64,000 bases of DNA, taken from an uncultured Gemmatimonadales bacterium (GTDB taxonomy: Bacteria > Gemmatimonadota > Gemmatimonadetes > Gemmatimonadales > GWC2-71-9). Below the pieces are notes generated by a model that worked only from the letters and a program-made list of their open reading frames with translations, was not told the origin of the DNA and searched no databases. The translations under genes were made by a program, and so were the position numbers. This document shows, piece by piece, positions 33,672 through 44,308 of the stretch (position 1 is its first letter; each line of letters opens with the position of its first letter). The DNA lies in NCBI GenBank assembly GCA_963728915.1, contig CAVSLV010000001.1:1024001-1088000 (forward strand), given 5' to 3'.

Positions 33672-35753
33672 CTATTCCTTGGGAAGCAGGGCTTTCCGCG
33701 ACAGCTTCATGCGGCCCCGGTCGTCCACTTCAAGCAGCTTGACCTGCACGATGTCGCCCTTCTTCACCACGTCCTCGGTCTTCTCGGTCCGGCCATGCTG
33801 GAGCTCGCTGATGTGCAGCAGGCCTTCCACCCCGGGAATGATCTCGACGAACGCGCCGAAGGCGGTGGTGCTCTTGACCGGGCCTTCGTACACCTTGCCG
33901 ACCTCGGGCTCCGCCACGATGCCCATGATCATTTCCTTGGCTTTCTGGCCGGCCTCGCCGCCGACGGCGGCGATGGTCACCACGCCGGAATCGTCCACAC
34001 TGATCTTCGCGCCGGTGGCGTCCTGGATTCCCCGGATGGTCTTCCCCTTGGGTCCGATAATGTCGCCGATCTTGTCGGGCTTGATCTGGATGGTGAGGAT
34101 CCGCGGAGCGTGGGGCGACAGCTCGGAGCGGGGGGCGGCCAGGGCCTTCTTCATCTCGCCCAGGATGTGCATGCGCCCCTTCTTCGCCTTGGCGAGCGCC
34201 TCTTCCATCAGCTTGAGATCGATTCCCTGGACCTTGATATCCATCTGGATCGAGGTGATCCCCTGCTCGGTCCCCGCGACCTTGAAGTCCATGTCGCCCA
34301 GGTGGTCTTCCGCCCCGAGGATGTCGGTCAGGATGGCGACCCGGTCGCCTTCCTTCACCAGGCCCATCGCGACCCCGGCGCAGGGCGCCCGCATCGGCAC
34401 GCCGGCATCCATCAGCGCCAGCGAGCCGCCGCAGACCGTAGCCATCGAGGAGGATCCGTTCGATTCGAGGATCTCCGAAACGACCCGCAGGGTGTAGGGG
34501 AAGCTGTCGAAGGCCGGGAGGAGCGGCTGAAGCGCGCGCTCCGCCAACGCGCCATGCCCGATCTCACGCCGGCTGGTACCCCGCATCATCTTCACTTCGC
34601 CGGTCGAGTAGGGCGGAAAGTTGTAGTGCAGCATGAACGACTTGGTGGTCTCACCCATCACGTCGATCGAGTCGATCCGCTGTTCGTCATCCGAGGTGCC
34701 GAGGGTCACGGCGACCAGGGCCTGGGTCTGGCCCCTGGTGAAGAGCGCCGACCCGTGGGCGCGGGGCAGCACGCCGGTTTCGATGCTGATGGGACGGACC
34801 GTGTCGAGGTCCCGCCCATCGACCCGCTCTCCCTTGCTCAGCACCTGTTCCCGCATCACCCGGTATTCGATTTCCTCGAGCTCGGTCGAGATCTCCCGGG
34901 AGCGCTCCGCGAACTCGGCGGCCAGGGCCTCGAGCACGTCCTGCTTGACCGCGCCGATCGACTGGGCCCGGGCGGCCTTGTCGCGCACGTTGATCCCCTT
35001 GGTCATGGCGCCTTCGGCAAGCGCACGGACCTTCGCCACCAGAACGGGATCCGTGCCCGCGGCGGTCCATTCCATCTTGGGCTTGCCCGACTCCTTGACC
35101 AGTTTGTCGGCGTGGCCCACCAGCTCGCGGACCCCCATCTGGGCGACCTTGAGCGCGTCGAGCATTTCCTGCTCGGAAACCTCGAGGGAGCCGCCCTCCA
35201 CCATGATGATGGAATTGGCGTTGCCACTCACCGTGAGGTCGATGGTGGAGAACTCGAGCTGCTGGAAGGTGGGATTGAGGATCCAGTTCCCTTCCACCCG
35301 GCCGACCCGCACCGTGGCGAGCGGCCCATGCCAGGGCACCGGCGAGAGCGCCAGGGCGAGGGAGGCGGAGTAGGCGCCCAGGATGTCGGCGTCGTTCTCC
35401 TGATCGGCGGAGACCACCGTCACGAAGACCTGGACCTCGTTCTTGAAGCCTTCCGGGAACATCGGTCGGATCGATCGATCGATGATCCGGCAGGCCAGGA
35501 TCTCCTTGTCGGAGGGCCGGCCCTCACGCTTGAGGAAGCCGCCGGGAATCTTCCCCGCCGCGTAGGTCTTCTCCCGGTACTCGACCGTCAGCGGGAAAAA
35601 GGGGAGCGTCGAAACATTGGGCGAGACGGTGACCGCGGCGATCACCATCGTATCGCCGAACTGGACCGTGACCGAGCCGGCCGCCTGTTTGGCCAGTTTG
35701 CCTGTTTCGATGCGGAGGCGACGCCCCGCGAAAGTTGTTTCAATCGTTTGCAC
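33672..35753 (-). CDS. pnp: Polyribonucleotide nucleotidyltransferase
   Basis: FFPLTVEY, GSALFTRGQTQ, RREIGHG, ESNGSSSMA, GDMDFKVAG, KH and S1 domains. Confidence 0.97.
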   Translation of the reverse strand: MQTIETTFAGRRLRIETGKLAKQAAGSVTVQFGDTMVIAAVTVSPNVSTLPFFPLTVEYREKTYAAGKIPGGFLKREGRPSDKEILACRIIDRSIRPMFPEGFKNEVQVFVTVVSADQENDADILGAYSASLALALSPVPWHGPLATVRVGRVEGNWILNPTFQQLEFSTIDLTVSGNANSIIMVEGGSLEVSEQEMLDALKVAQMGVRELVGHADKLVKESGKPKMEWTAAGTDPVLVAKVRALAEGAMTKGINVRDKAARAQSIGAVKQDVLEALAAEFAERSREISTELEEIEYRVMREQVLSKGERVDGRDLDTVRPISIETGVLPRAHGSALFTRGQTQALVAVTLGTSDDEQRIDSIDVMGETTKSFMLHYNFPPYSTGEVKMMRGTSRREIGHGALAERALQPLLPAFDSFPYTLRVVSEILESNGSSSMATVCGGSLALMDAGVPMRAPCAGVAMGLVKEGDRVAILTDILGAEDHLGDMDFKVAGTEQGITSIQMDIKVQGIDLKLMEEALAKAKKGRMHILGEMKKALAAPRSELSPHAPRILTIQIKPDKIGDIIGPKGKTIRGIQDATGAKISVDDSGVVTIAAVGGEAGQKAKEMIMGIVAEPEVGKVYEGPVKSTTAFGAFVEIIPGVEGLLHISELQHGRTEKTEDVVKKGDIVQVKLLEVDDRGRMKLSRKALLPKE

Positions 35754-35793
35754 GTTGACTGCCCTGGGTGAACGGTACGTTCCAAATACCAAG

Positions 35794-35817
35794 CGGGCGC
35801 CCCATCCGGGACGCCCG
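35794..35817 (-). terminator. Hairpin between rpsO and pnp (terminator or processing site)
   Basis: CGGGCGTCCC-GGAT-GGGGCGCCCG 10-bp stem (one G:U) followed by CTTGGTATTT. Confidence 0.55.
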
Positions 35818-35834
35818 AGCGAAATCGGCGCCGG

Positions 35835-36095
35835 CTAGTGCCGGAGCCCCAGCTCCTGAATCAGCGAGCGGTAGGTCGCGAGATCGGTGCTTCGGAGGTA
35901 ATTGAGAAGTCGCCTCCGGGTCCCCACCATCTTGAGCAGGCCACGACGCCCGTGATGGTCCTTGGGATGAGTCCGGAAGTGATCGGTGAGCGAATTGATT
36001 CGCTCGGTGAGCAGCGCCACCTGGAGCCGGGCCGAGCCGGTGTCCTCCTCGTGGAGCCGGAACTTCGTCGCCACGCTCGTCTTGTCGTACGCCAT
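35835..36095 (-). CDS. rpsO: 30S ribosomal protein S15
   Basis: [37 protein letters not shown]. Confidence 0.97.
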   Translation of the reverse strand: MAYDKTSVATKFRLHEEDTGSARLQVALLTERINSLTDHFRTHPKDHHGRRGLLKMVGTRRRLLNYLRSTDLATYRSLIQELGLRH

Positions 36096-36155
36096 CGTTG
36101 CGCGGTTCCTCTTTACATCCGTCTCGGTGAATATGCCATCGCTAAGTATCCCAAT

Positions 36156-36185
36156 AAGATAACGCCTGAGGAGCCCGTGCAGCAA
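36156..36185 (-). promoter_or_regulatory. Putative rpsO promoter
   Basis: TTGCTG-18 nt-TATCTT about 60 nt upstream of ATG. Confidence 0.5.
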
Positions 36186-36202
36186 GCCGGACGGTTGGAG
36201 AT

Positions 36203-37057
36203 TCAGGGCCACCGCCTGAACGCCACTCTCTTTTTCCCTTGCTGCTTCACCTGGTACATGCACGCATCGGTCAGGGCCACGGCGGTATCGACCGAGGCGG
36301 GGGCCACCGCGAACGCGACCACCCCGACGCTCAGGGTGACGCCCTGGGAATCCACCTCGCGCCGGAGCCGGTCGCGAACCAGTCCCATGACGTGCTCGAT
36401 CACGCGCTCGGCCTGTCCCAGATCGGTCCCGGGCAGGAGCAGGGCAAACTCATCGCCGCCGAGGCGCCCGACCATATCGACTTTCCTGGTCCCCTCCCGG
36501 AGCGCGCTCGCCACGCTCACGAGGACCGCATCTCCCTCGGCATGGCCGCCGGGACCGTCGTTGATCTGCTTGAAATCGTCGACATCGAGATAGGCGAGGA
36601 CCAGCGGCGTGTCGTGACGCCGGCTCCATTCGAGTGCCCGGTCGAGCGCTTCGAAGAAGGCCCGCCGGTTGGGAATCCCGGTGAGGGGGTCCTCCCGGGC
36701 CATGGAGAGGAACCGGAAGTTCTGTCGAGCGACCAGCGAAATCATTCCAGCGGAGAAAAGGAAGAAGAGCAGGCGGGCCCCGCCGTTGGCGAGGAGGATC
36801 TGGGTATCAGGATGAAGCGCCGAAGCCCAGTCGGTGGCCACACTGGCGCAGGTGGAGAGCAGCGCCATGGCGAGTCCCTGCCGCCATCCCAGGTACCACG
36901 CCACCGCCGCGATCGAGGGCAGATAGAAGACCGACATCTCGATCGACGGACCGCTCCGGTAGTCGACCCACGACACCAGCAGGAGGCCGAAGAGGCTGAG
37001 CACCACGATGCTTCCCGGCCGCGCGGTGCGAAGGAACTCCAGAAGCGAGCGCAACAT
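36203..37057 (-). CDS. Membrane diguanylate cyclase
   Basis: About four TM helices, [25 protein letters not shown]-site, RLGGDEF. Confidence 0.92.
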   Translation of the reverse strand: MLRSLLEFLRTARPGSIVVLSLFGLLLVSWVDYRSGPSIEMSVFYLPSIAAVAWYLGWRQGLAMALLSTCASVATDWASALHPDTQILLANGGARLLFFLFSAGMISLVARQNFRFLSMAREDPLTGIPNRRAFFEALDRALEWSRRHDTPLVLAYLDVDDFKQINDGPGGHAEGDAVLVSVASALREGTRKVDMVGRLGGDEFALLLPGTDLGQAERVIEHVMGLVRDRLRREVDSQGVTLSVGVVAFAVAPASVDTAVALTDACMYQVKQQGKKRVAFRRWP

Positions 37058-37060
37058 GGC

Positions 37061-38425
37061 TCACATTCCTACAAGCCGCCGAATGTCGTTCGAGAATGCC
37101 AGCACCATGAGCAATACCACCAGGATCAGCCCGGCGAGGGTGAGGCGCTCCCGGAGCTTGATCGACAACGGCCGTCGGAGGACCGCCTCCCCCAGGAGAA
37201 ACAGCAGCTGACCTCCATCGAGGAGGGGAATCGGGAGCAGATTCAGCACCGCGAGATTGACCGAGATCATCGCCATGAACGCGAGGAACGGGGCAACCCC
37301 CTGCTGCGCCGATTCGCCGGCCATCACCCCGATGGCGATGGGCCCGCCGACTTCTCTGGTCGAGACCCGGCCACTGAACATGCCTCGCACCACCCGGACG
37401 ATCTGGGTGGAGACATCAAGGGTTTGTGAGGCTCCCCGTCCGAACGCGCTGAACAGACCGATCTCGATGTGCCGCTCCGGGATATCCACCCCGAGCCGCA
37501 GCTTGCCGACGTGGTGAGGCACCCCGAGCGAATCGGAAACCATGTCGCTGGTGGAGATCGCCTGGAGTTCGACCCGACCTCCCTGGCGACCGACCAGAAG
37601 CGTGACCGGCTGATCGGGTCGTGCTTCAATGGCCGCGACGGCCTCGCTCCACTGCGACACCGCTTGTCCGGCAATGACAAGCAGCGTGTCCCCGACTCGA
37701 ACCCCAGCCCGGCGACCGGGACCGTCGGGGACCTGGCCGATGACCGGGGGAAGAAACTGGGTGAGACTCTGCACCGCCTGCAGGCGAGCCTCGATGGCGT
37801 CCCGGTGGATCCGGACGGTGAGGGGAGGCTTCCCGGCGACGGCAACCGCGAAGGAATCACCGGGGGTGAAGACGAATTCCTCCTGCAGCGCGTCCCAGGT
37901 GTCGACTGGTTTCCCCGCGACGGCGGTGATGGAGTCCCCCGGCTGGAGCCGGCTCAGCTCTTCGGCCCCCCTGGGAAGCTCGGGGGCGACCGCGCCGACC
38001 CGGGTGATCGGGAGAACGTTCTGTCCCCGGATCCAGAAGAGACCGGAGAACATGAGCCAGGCGAACAGCACGTTCATCGTGACACCGGCCAGAATCACGA
38101 TGATGCGGATCCAGACCGGCTTGGCTTCGAAGACCCGGTCGGGGGGGACCTGGGCGCTCGCCGGGCCCCCTTCGAGCGTGCCGGCCACCGGCTCCTCTTC
38201 GCGGCTCGCCATCTTGACGTATCCGCCGATCGGGAGCCAGGAAATCGCGTATTCGGTTTCGCTCTTCAGCCGGAACGAGCGAATCGGCTTGCCCATCCCG
38301 ATCGAGAAGCGATGGACCCAGATCCCCGCCCACTTGGCCGCCAGGAAGTGGCCGAGCTCGTGCACGAAGATCAGCACGCCCAGAACGACCACGAAGGCCA
38401 GAATGTTGATCAGCACGTTGTTCAC
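37061..38425 (-). CDS. rseP: RIP metalloprotease RseP
   Basis: HELGH, GGYVKM, two PDZ domains, NLLPIPLLDGG. Confidence 0.95.
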   Translation of the reverse strand: MNNVLINILAFVVVLGVLIFVHELGHFLAAKWAGIWVHRFSIGMGKPIRSFRLKSETEYAISWLPIGGYVKMASREEEPVAGTLEGGPASAQVPPDRVFEAKPVWIRIIVILAGVTMNVLFAWLMFSGLFWIRGQNVLPITRVGAVAPELPRGAEELSRLQPGDSITAVAGKPVDTWDALQEEFVFTPGDSFAVAVAGKPPLTVRIHRDAIEARLQAVQSLTQFLPPVIGQVPDGPGRRAGVRVGDTLLVIAGQAVSQWSEAVAAIEARPDQPVTLLVGRQGGRVELQAISTSDMVSDSLGVPHHVGKLRLGVDIPERHIEIGLFSAFGRGASQTLDVSTQIVRVVRGMFSGRVSTREVGGPIAIGVMAGESAQQGVAPFLAFMAMISVNLAVLNLLPIPLLDGGQLLFLLGEAVLRRPLSIKLRERLTLAGLILVVLLMVLAFSNDIRRLVGM

Positions 38426-39516
38426 GCCGCCATCTCCCGCGCGATCCGGCGAGCCTCCGCATCGGCGCGCTGTACCGTCTCGAGACTGGTGACCTCCTCA
38501 ACCGGGGAGCGCGCGAGGGCCTCCTGGATCACGCCCGCGATCCGCCCGAACGGGAGCCGCCCAGCCAGGAATGCCTCGACCGCCACCTCGTTGGCCGCGT
38601 TGAAGACCGCGGGGGCGGTGCCTCCCCGGCGGCCCGCCTCGATGCCGGCCTCGAACGCCTCGAAATCATCGCGGCGAAGCGGCTCGAACGTGAGCGAGCC
38701 CGCCGCCACCGGGTCGAACCGTCGCGGGGTGGCATCATCGACCCGCTCGGGGTGGGTCAGGGCGTAGAGAATCGGCTGTTCCATGCTGGGGAAGCCGAGC
38801 TGCCCTAACACGCTTCCGTCGACCATTTCGACCAGGGCATGGACGATACTCTGAGGATGCACCACCACCTCGACCCGATCATAGGGAAGTCCGAAGAGGT
38901 GATGGGCCTCGATGACCTCCATCGCCTTGTTGGCGAGGGTGGCGCTGTCCACCGTGATCTTGCTTCCCATCCGCCAGGTGGGATGCCGGAGCGCCTCCTC
39001 GGCGGAGGCCGCCTGGAGCCGCTCCCGGGACCATTCCCGGAACGGCCCTCCCGAAGCGGTCAGAATCAGGCGGCGGAGCCCGTGCTCCCGTCCGGTCACG
39101 CATTGGAGCACCGCGCTGTGTTCCGAATCCACCGGAACCAGCTCCCCGCCCCCGCTGGTCGCGGCGGCCCGCACCAGTTCACCCGCCACCACCAGGGACT
39201 CCTTGTTGGCAAGGGCAACCCGCTTCCCCGCCTTGAGCGCGGCGAGGGTGGCGGCGAGGCCGGCGAACCCCACCACCGCGTTGACCACGATATCGGCCTC
39301 GGGGTGGATGGCGGCTTCGAGGAGACAATGCGGCCCTTCCCCGCTCACCAGGCCCGCGAAGCTCGGCTGCCATTCCGAAATCTGCCGTCCCAGCAGCTCC
39401 GCGTTGGAACCGGCGGTGAGCGCCACCAGGCGAAACCGATCCGGATGGCGGCGCAGGACATTGAGCACGCTGGTCCCGATCGAGCCGGTGGAGCCGAGAA
39501 CGGCGATTCCTTTCAT
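38422..39516 (-). CDS. dxr: 1-deoxy-D-xylulose-5-phosphate reductoisomerase
   Basis: LGSTGSIG, LANKESLV, PVDSEHSA, HPTWRMGSKITVDSA, NAANE. Confidence 0.96.
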   Translation of the reverse strand: MKGIAVLGSTGSIGTSVLNVLRRHPDRFRLVALTAGSNAELLGRQISEWQPSFAGLVSGEGPHCLLEAAIHPEADIVVNAVVGFAGLAATLAALKAGKRVALANKESLVVAGELVRAAATSGGGELVPVDSEHSAVLQCVTGREHGLRRLILTASGGPFREWSRERLQAASAEEALRHPTWRMGSKITVDSATLANKAMEVIEAHHLFGLPYDRVEVVVHPQSIVHALVEMVDGSVLGQLGFPSMEQPILYALTHPERVDDATPRRFDPVAAGSLTFEPLRRDDFEAFEAGIEAGRRGGTAPAVFNAANEVAVEAFLAGRLPFGRIAGVIQEALARSPVEEVTSLETVQRADAEARRIAREMAA

Positions 39517-39527
39517 GTTCTCTCTCT

Positions 39528-40433
39528 TCAGACGATCGCGAAGGCCCGGTACATCACCAGGGTCACCGGCAGAACGAAATAGAGGGAATCGCACCGGTCA
39601 AGCACGCCGCCATGTCCGGGAATTAACCCGCTCGAGTCCTTGACGCCGGCTTCCCGCTTGAACAGGGACTCCACCAGGTCGCCCACCTGGGCGACCAGGG
39701 CGATCAGGAGGCCCAGCAGGACGGCCTGCCAGAGGGGAAATCCCCTCCCCAGCGGGGCCAGCACCAGGGTCTCCCAGAGTACCGCCGCGAGCACCCCGCC
39801 GAGCAGCCCCGCCACGCCGCCGACCCGGGTCTTTCCGGGGCTCACCGAGGGCCAGAGCCTGGTGTGGCCGAACGCCTTTCCTCCCCACATGGCGAAGCTG
39901 TCGCAGACCCAGGTCACCACCAGCGGGAAAAACACCAGCCAGGTCGCGGACCAGGAGCGGGACGGACCGGCATCGAACCGGAGGAGGAGGAGCGCGCAGG
40001 GAAGCAGGCCGGTGTACACCACCCCGAGCAGGGTGATCGATGCGGCGCTCAGGGGATGTTGCGCCGGCGCGCGCGCGAACAAGGCGGCGATCAGGACGAT
40101 CAGGACGATCACCACCCCGCTTGCCGGCCAGGCCGTTCCGAGCCACGAGGGCGCGAACACGGCGCTGAGCAGCGCGCCCAGCGGATCGGGGGATTCTCCA
40201 ACGGGCGCGGCCCAGATCCAGGTCAGCAGCGGCGCCACGGTGGCGAGGACCAGTCCGGGAACGATGAGCGGCCGCACCCCGATGCGGTCCGCGAGCTGGT
40301 ACAGCTCCCGGGTCCCCAGGAACCCGATCGCGGCCACCAGGACGACCAGCGCCAGGCCGCCGAGCCAGACCACGCCCAGGGCGAGAGGAATCCCGATCGC
40401 GGCAACGAGAACGCGCTGAGCCTGATTGCTCAC
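39528..40433 (-). CDS. cdsA: Phosphatidate cytidylyltransferase
   Basis: SPGKT, GDLVESLFKREAGVKDSSGLIPGHGGVLDRCDS. Confidence 0.94.
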   Translation of the reverse strand: MSNQAQRVLVAAIGIPLALGVVWLGGLALVVLVAAIGFLGTRELYQLADRIGVRPLIVPGLVLATVAPLLTWIWAAPVGESPDPLGALLSAVFAPSWLGTAWPASGVVIVLIVLIAALFARAPAQHPLSAASITLLGVVYTGLLPCALLLLRFDAGPSRSWSATWLVFFPLVVTWVCDSFAMWGGKAFGHTRLWPSVSPGKTRVGGVAGLLGGVLAAVLWETLVLAPLGRGFPLWQAVLLGLLIALVAQVGDLVESLFKREAGVKDSSGLIPGHGGVLDRCDSLYFVLPVTLVMYRAFAIV

Positions 40434-41146
40434 GCGCCGGCCTGCAGCCGGCCGAATCTCCGATCGCGGTGGGTGTACTCCTCGATCGCCGCGAAGAGAT
40501 CCTTGCGGGTGAAGTCCGGCCAGAGGACAGGGGTGACCAGGAACTCGGCGTACGCGAGCTGCCAGAGGAGAAAATTGGAGAGGCGGTATTCCCCCGACGT
40601 GCGGATGACCAGATCGGGATCGGGGAGCCCCGCGGTGTAAAGCCGGGCCGAGACCGCGGATTCGTCAATCTGGTCGGGACGAAGGCGGCCCGCCGCCACC
40701 TCCTCGGCGAGATAGCGCGCGGCGCGAACCAGCTCGGCGCGGGACCCATAGGAAAGGCAGATGTTCAGGAGGAGCGCGGTACCGGCGGCGGTGTCCCGCT
40801 GAATCAGATCCACCGCCGCCCTGGCCGGAGGCGTGAGGGGATCGAGATGTCCCATCACCCGCACGGCGACCCCCTGCTGGCGCAGCTCGTCCCCGTCCAG
40901 GGCGACGTATTCCTGGAGCAGCTCCATCAAGGCCTCGATCTCCTCGGCCGGCCGCTGCCAGTTTTCCTGGCTGAAGGCAAAGAGGGTCAGGACCTCGACG
41001 CCTGCCTCCCGGCATCCGGCAACGCACTCCCGAACCGAGGCCATCCCAGCCTGGTGGCCGGCCGAGCGCGGCAATCCCCGTTGCCGGGCCCAGCGGCCGT
41101 TTCCATCCATGATGACCGCGATGTGTTTTGGGGGGGGCGGAGTCAC
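40430..41146 (-). CDS. uppS: Undecaprenyl diphosphate synthase
   Basis: HIAVIMDGNGRWA, FSQENWQRP, IRTSGEYRLSNFLLWQ, RRFG. Confidence 0.96.
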   Translation of the reverse strand: MTPPPPKHIAVIMDGNGRWARQRGLPRSAGHQAGMASVRECVAGCREAGVEVLTLFAFSQENWQRPAEEIEALMELLQEYVALDGDELRQQGVAVRVMGHLDPLTPPARAAVDLIQRDTAAGTALLLNICLSYGSRAELVRAARYLAEEVAAGRLRPDQIDESAVSARLYTAGLPDPDLVIRTSGEYRLSNFLLWQLAYAEFLVTPVLWPDFTRKDLFAAIEEYTHRDRRFGRLQAGA

Positions 41147-41706
41147 ACCTCCATGATCTCCGCTTCTTTGGCGTGAATCAGCGTATCGATCTGCTTGATG
41201 TGCTCGTCGTGAGACTTCTGCACTTCCTTCTCGGCGCGGGACTTCTCGTCGTCCGAAACGTGCTCCACCTTCTTGAGCTTGTGGAGCGCATCGGTCCGGC
41301 TGTGCCGGACCGCGATGCGACCTTCCTCGGCGAGCTTGTGGACCACTTTCACCAGCTCCTTGCGACGCTCCTCCGACAGGGGAGGCAATGGAATCCGAAT
41401 CAGATTCCCCGAAGTCTGGGGATTGAGGCCGAGATCCGACTCCCGGAGGGCCTTCTCGATGGCCGGGGCGATGGACTTGTCGAACGGCTGAACCGTCAGC
41501 ATCCGGGGCTCCGGCGCCGCGACCATGCCGACCTGGTTGAGTGGCACCTGGTTGCCGTACGCCTCGACCCGCACCATATCGAGCAGGGCGGTGGAGGCCT
41601 TGTTGCCCCGGAGTCCCGACAGCTCCCGCTTGGTGCCCTCCACCGATTTGTGCATGTGATCGCGGGCCTGCTTCACGATCTCGGGAATGCTGGAGGCAGC
41701 GCTCAT
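41143..41706 (-). CDS. frr: Ribosome recycling factor
   Basis: [26 protein letters not shown]. Confidence 0.96.
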   Translation of the reverse strand: MSAASSIPEIVKQARDHMHKSVEGTKRELSGLRGNKASTALLDMVRVEAYGNQVPLNQVGMVAAPEPRMLTVQPFDKSIAPAIEKALRESDLGLNPQTSGNLIRIPLPPLSEERRKELVKVVHKLAEEGRIAVRHSRTDALHKLKKVEHVSDDEKSRAEKEVQKSHDEHIKQIDTLIHAKEAEIMEV

Positions 41707-42413
41707 CGCACGATCGTCCCCACCCGGTCGCCCGCGAGCACCCGCCCGATGGCGCCAGGCTGATTGATGTTGAAGACTACGATTGGGAGCTGGTTTTCCT
41801 TGCAGAGGCCGAACGCATTCGCATCCATCACGGCATACCCCTTGACCAGGGCGTCCTGGAACGAAAGCTCGGGAATGAACTGCGCCTTGGGATCCCGTTT
41901 CGGATCGCCGGTGTACACCCCGTCAACGCTGGTCGCCTTGAGAATGATCTCGGCTTCCATCTCGAGGGCCCGGAGGACGGCGGCGGTATCGGTCGAGAAG
42001 AACGGATTGCCGGTTCCCCCGGCGAAGATCACCAGCCGGCCCTTTTCAAGGTGCCGGACCGCGCGCCGGCGAATGTACGGCTCGGCGAGCGATTCCATCC
42101 GGATCGCGGTCAGCACCCGGGTCTGCACCCCGATGCGCTCGAGCACATCCTGAAAGGCGAGCGCGTTGATCACGGTCGCCAGCATCCCCATGTAGTCCGC
42201 GGACACCCGGTCCAGGCCCTGGGAGCTGGCGGCGGTTCCCCGAACGATGTTCCCGCCGCCAACGACCAACCCGAGCCGGATGCCCTGAGCGTGCACGTCC
42301 TTGATCTGCCGAGCGAGGTCCTCCACCGTCGGGTAGTCGAGACCGACGCCGTGACCTCCGGCCAGGGCCTCACCGGAGATCTTGAGCAGAGCGCGTCGGT
42401 AGGCGAGCGCCAC
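41703..42413 (-). CDS. pyrH: UMP kinase
   Basis: [39 protein letters not shown]. Confidence 0.97.
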   Translation of the reverse strand: MALAYRRALLKISGEALAGGHGVGLDYPTVEDLARQIKDVHAQGIRLGLVVGGGNIVRGTAASSQGLDRVSADYMGMLATVINALAFQDVLERIGVQTRVLTAIRMESLAEPYIRRRAVRHLEKGRLVIFAGGTGNPFFSTDTAAVLRALEMEAEIILKATSVDGVYTGDPKRDPKAQFIPELSFQDALVKGYAVMDANAFGLCKENQLPIVVFNINQPGAIGRVLAGDRVGTIVR

Positions 42414-43286
42414 TCAGGCCTCGCCGACCTTGAAGCGGGCGAACTGCTTGACCGTAATATTGCCGCCCAGCTCCTTGCCAGCCGACTTGACCAGCTCACC
42501 GATGGTCCTGGTCTCGTCCTTCACGAACGACTGGCCCATCAGGGTCCGTTCCGCGACGAACTTGCGAACCTTGCCCTCGACGATCTTGGGACGGATCGCC
42601 TCGGGTTTCCCCTCGGCGGCGACCTGCTCCTCGGCAATCCGGCGCTCCCGGGCCAGAACGTCCGCCGGGATATCCACCTCATCCACCGCGAGCGGATCAG
42701 CCGAGGCGATGTGAAGCGCCAGGTCGCGGCCGAAGGCATTGAGCCCCTCGCCGGCCGGCCCTTCGATCTCGATCAGCACCCCGACCTGGTCATTGTGGTG
42801 CAAGTAGCTCTGCACCGTGCCCGCGCCCACCGCAAAGTGGGCCACCCGGCGGAACGAGGTCGCCTCGCCGGTGGTGCCGGCAAACTCCTTGATCGCCTCG
42901 GCGACGGTCTTGCCGGCGAACGGCTGGTGATCCAGCGCCGCGCCGAGGTGAACCCCATTGGGGGCGTGCCGGGCGGCGTGGGCGGCAAGGTCCCGGGCCA
43001 GTTTCTGGAACCCTTCGGTGCGCGCCACGAAATCGGTTTCACAATCGAGCTCGATCATCGCGACGTCACGATCCGCCTGCGTCGGGGTGATCACCACCAG
43101 ACCCTGGGCGGCCACCCGGCCGCCCCGCTTCTCCGCCTTGGCGATGCCCTTCCGCCGAAGGATCTCGACCGCCTTGTCCAGGTCTCCATTGGCCTCTTCC
43201 AGGGCGGCCTTGCAATCCATCATCCCCGCGCTGGTGCGGGCGCGAAGCTCGGCGATGTCCTTGGTCGAAACAGCCTTCGTTGTCAT
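42414..43286 (-). CDS. tsf: Elongation factor Ts
   Basis: LRARTSAGMMDCKAAL, ELDCETDFVAR, KIVEGK. Confidence 0.96.
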   Translation of the reverse strand: MTTKAVSTKDIAELRARTSAGMMDCKAALEEANGDLDKAVEILRRKGIAKAEKRGGRVAAQGLVVITPTQADRDVAMIELDCETDFVARTEGFQKLARDLAAHAARHAPNGVHLGAALDHQPFAGKTVAEAIKEFAGTTGEATSFRRVAHFAVGAGTVQSYLHHNDQVGVLIEIEGPAGEGLNAFGRDLALHIASADPLAVDEVDIPADVLARERRIAEEQVAAEGKPEAIRPKIVEGKVRKFVAERTLMGQSFVKDETRTIGELVKSAGKELGGNITVKQFARFKVGEA

Positions 43287-43399
43287 TGCGCTACCCGTGT
43301 TAAGTGTACCCATCTCACTGCTTCTCGGAACTTACCTACAACAACGCCGCCCACGGCTCGGCAGCCATGCGCGGCGTGGAAGATCGGGACCCGCCGTGC

Positions 43400-44290
43400 T
43401 CAGCTGCTCGCCGCCCCGCTCGGGGTCGGTTCGCCGCTCTCTCCTTCGGTCTTGAGACGCGCCGCGATGGCTTCGGGCTTCGGGCGACGCTTCCGGGCTC
43501 CCGGCCGCCGGCGACGACGGTCGCTTTCCGAGTCGCCTTCAGTCCCGCCATCGGTGCTGTAGGTCTCCGCCTCGTCGTGCTCCACCGCTTCGCGGACCGG
43601 CACTTCGCGCCGGGCCTCCCCGATCACGTTGCAAAGCGCCGCGGTGATCAGCGACACCGACCGGATCGCGTCGTCGTTGCCGGGAATCGGCACCGTGATC
43701 ACGTCCGGATCCGCGTTGGTATCGACGATCGCCACCACCGGAATCCCGAGCTTGTTGGCTTCGAGAATGGCGATCCGCTCCTTCTTGGCGTCCACCACGA
43801 ACAGGGCGCCGGGAAGGCGTCCCATGTTCTTCAGGCCCTCGAGGTTCCGGGACAGCTTGACCCGCTCCCGCTCAAAGAGGAGCTTTTCCTTCTTGGTATA
43901 GCTGTCAAAATCGCCGTCGGTGCTCCCCTGCTCCAGGTCGCGGAGCCGGCGGATCTGCTTCTTGATCGTGGCAAAATTGGTCAGCGTGCCCCCCAGCCAC
44001 CGCTCGGTCACATAGTGGCACCCCGCGCTCTGGGCCTCGGCCTGGACCAGGGCCTTGAGCTGCTTCTTGGTGCACACGAACAGGACGTTGTCGCCACGCA
44101 TGACCACGCCGCGCAGCAGCTCCTGCGCCTTCTGAATCTGGCCGAGCGTCTTCTGAAGATCGATCAGGTAGATCCCGGAACGCTCCGCGAAGATGAAGCG
44201 GCGCATTTTCGGATTCCACCGTCGGGTCTGATGGCCGAAGTGAACTCCGGCGTCGAGAAGATCCTGGACCTGAGGGGTAGCGACTACCAC
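43400..44290 (-). CDS. rpsB: 30S ribosomal protein S2 with C-terminal extension
   Basis: LLDAGVHFGHQTRRWNPKM, RWLGGTLTNF, PGNDDAIRS. Confidence 0.97.
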   Translation of the reverse strand: MVVATPQVQDLLDAGVHFGHQTRRWNPKMRRFIFAERSGIYLIDLQKTLGQIQKAQELLRGVVMRGDNVLFVCTKKQLKALVQAEAQSAGCHYVTERWLGGTLTNFATIKKQIRRLRDLEQGSTDGDFDSYTKKEKLLFERERVKLSRNLEGLKNMGRLPGALFVVDAKKERIAILEANKLGIPVVAIVDTNADPDVITVPIPGNDDAIRSVSLITAALCNVIGEARREVPVREAVEHDEAETYSTDGGTEGDSESDRRRRRPGARKRRPKPEAIAARLKTEGESGEPTPSGAASS

Positions 44291-44308
44291 GTGTCTCCTT
44301 TCATGTCC

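Noticed and set aside
32577..35771. 1064-aa plus-strand ORF
   Set aside because: Antisense shadow of pnp and the M16 peptidase.
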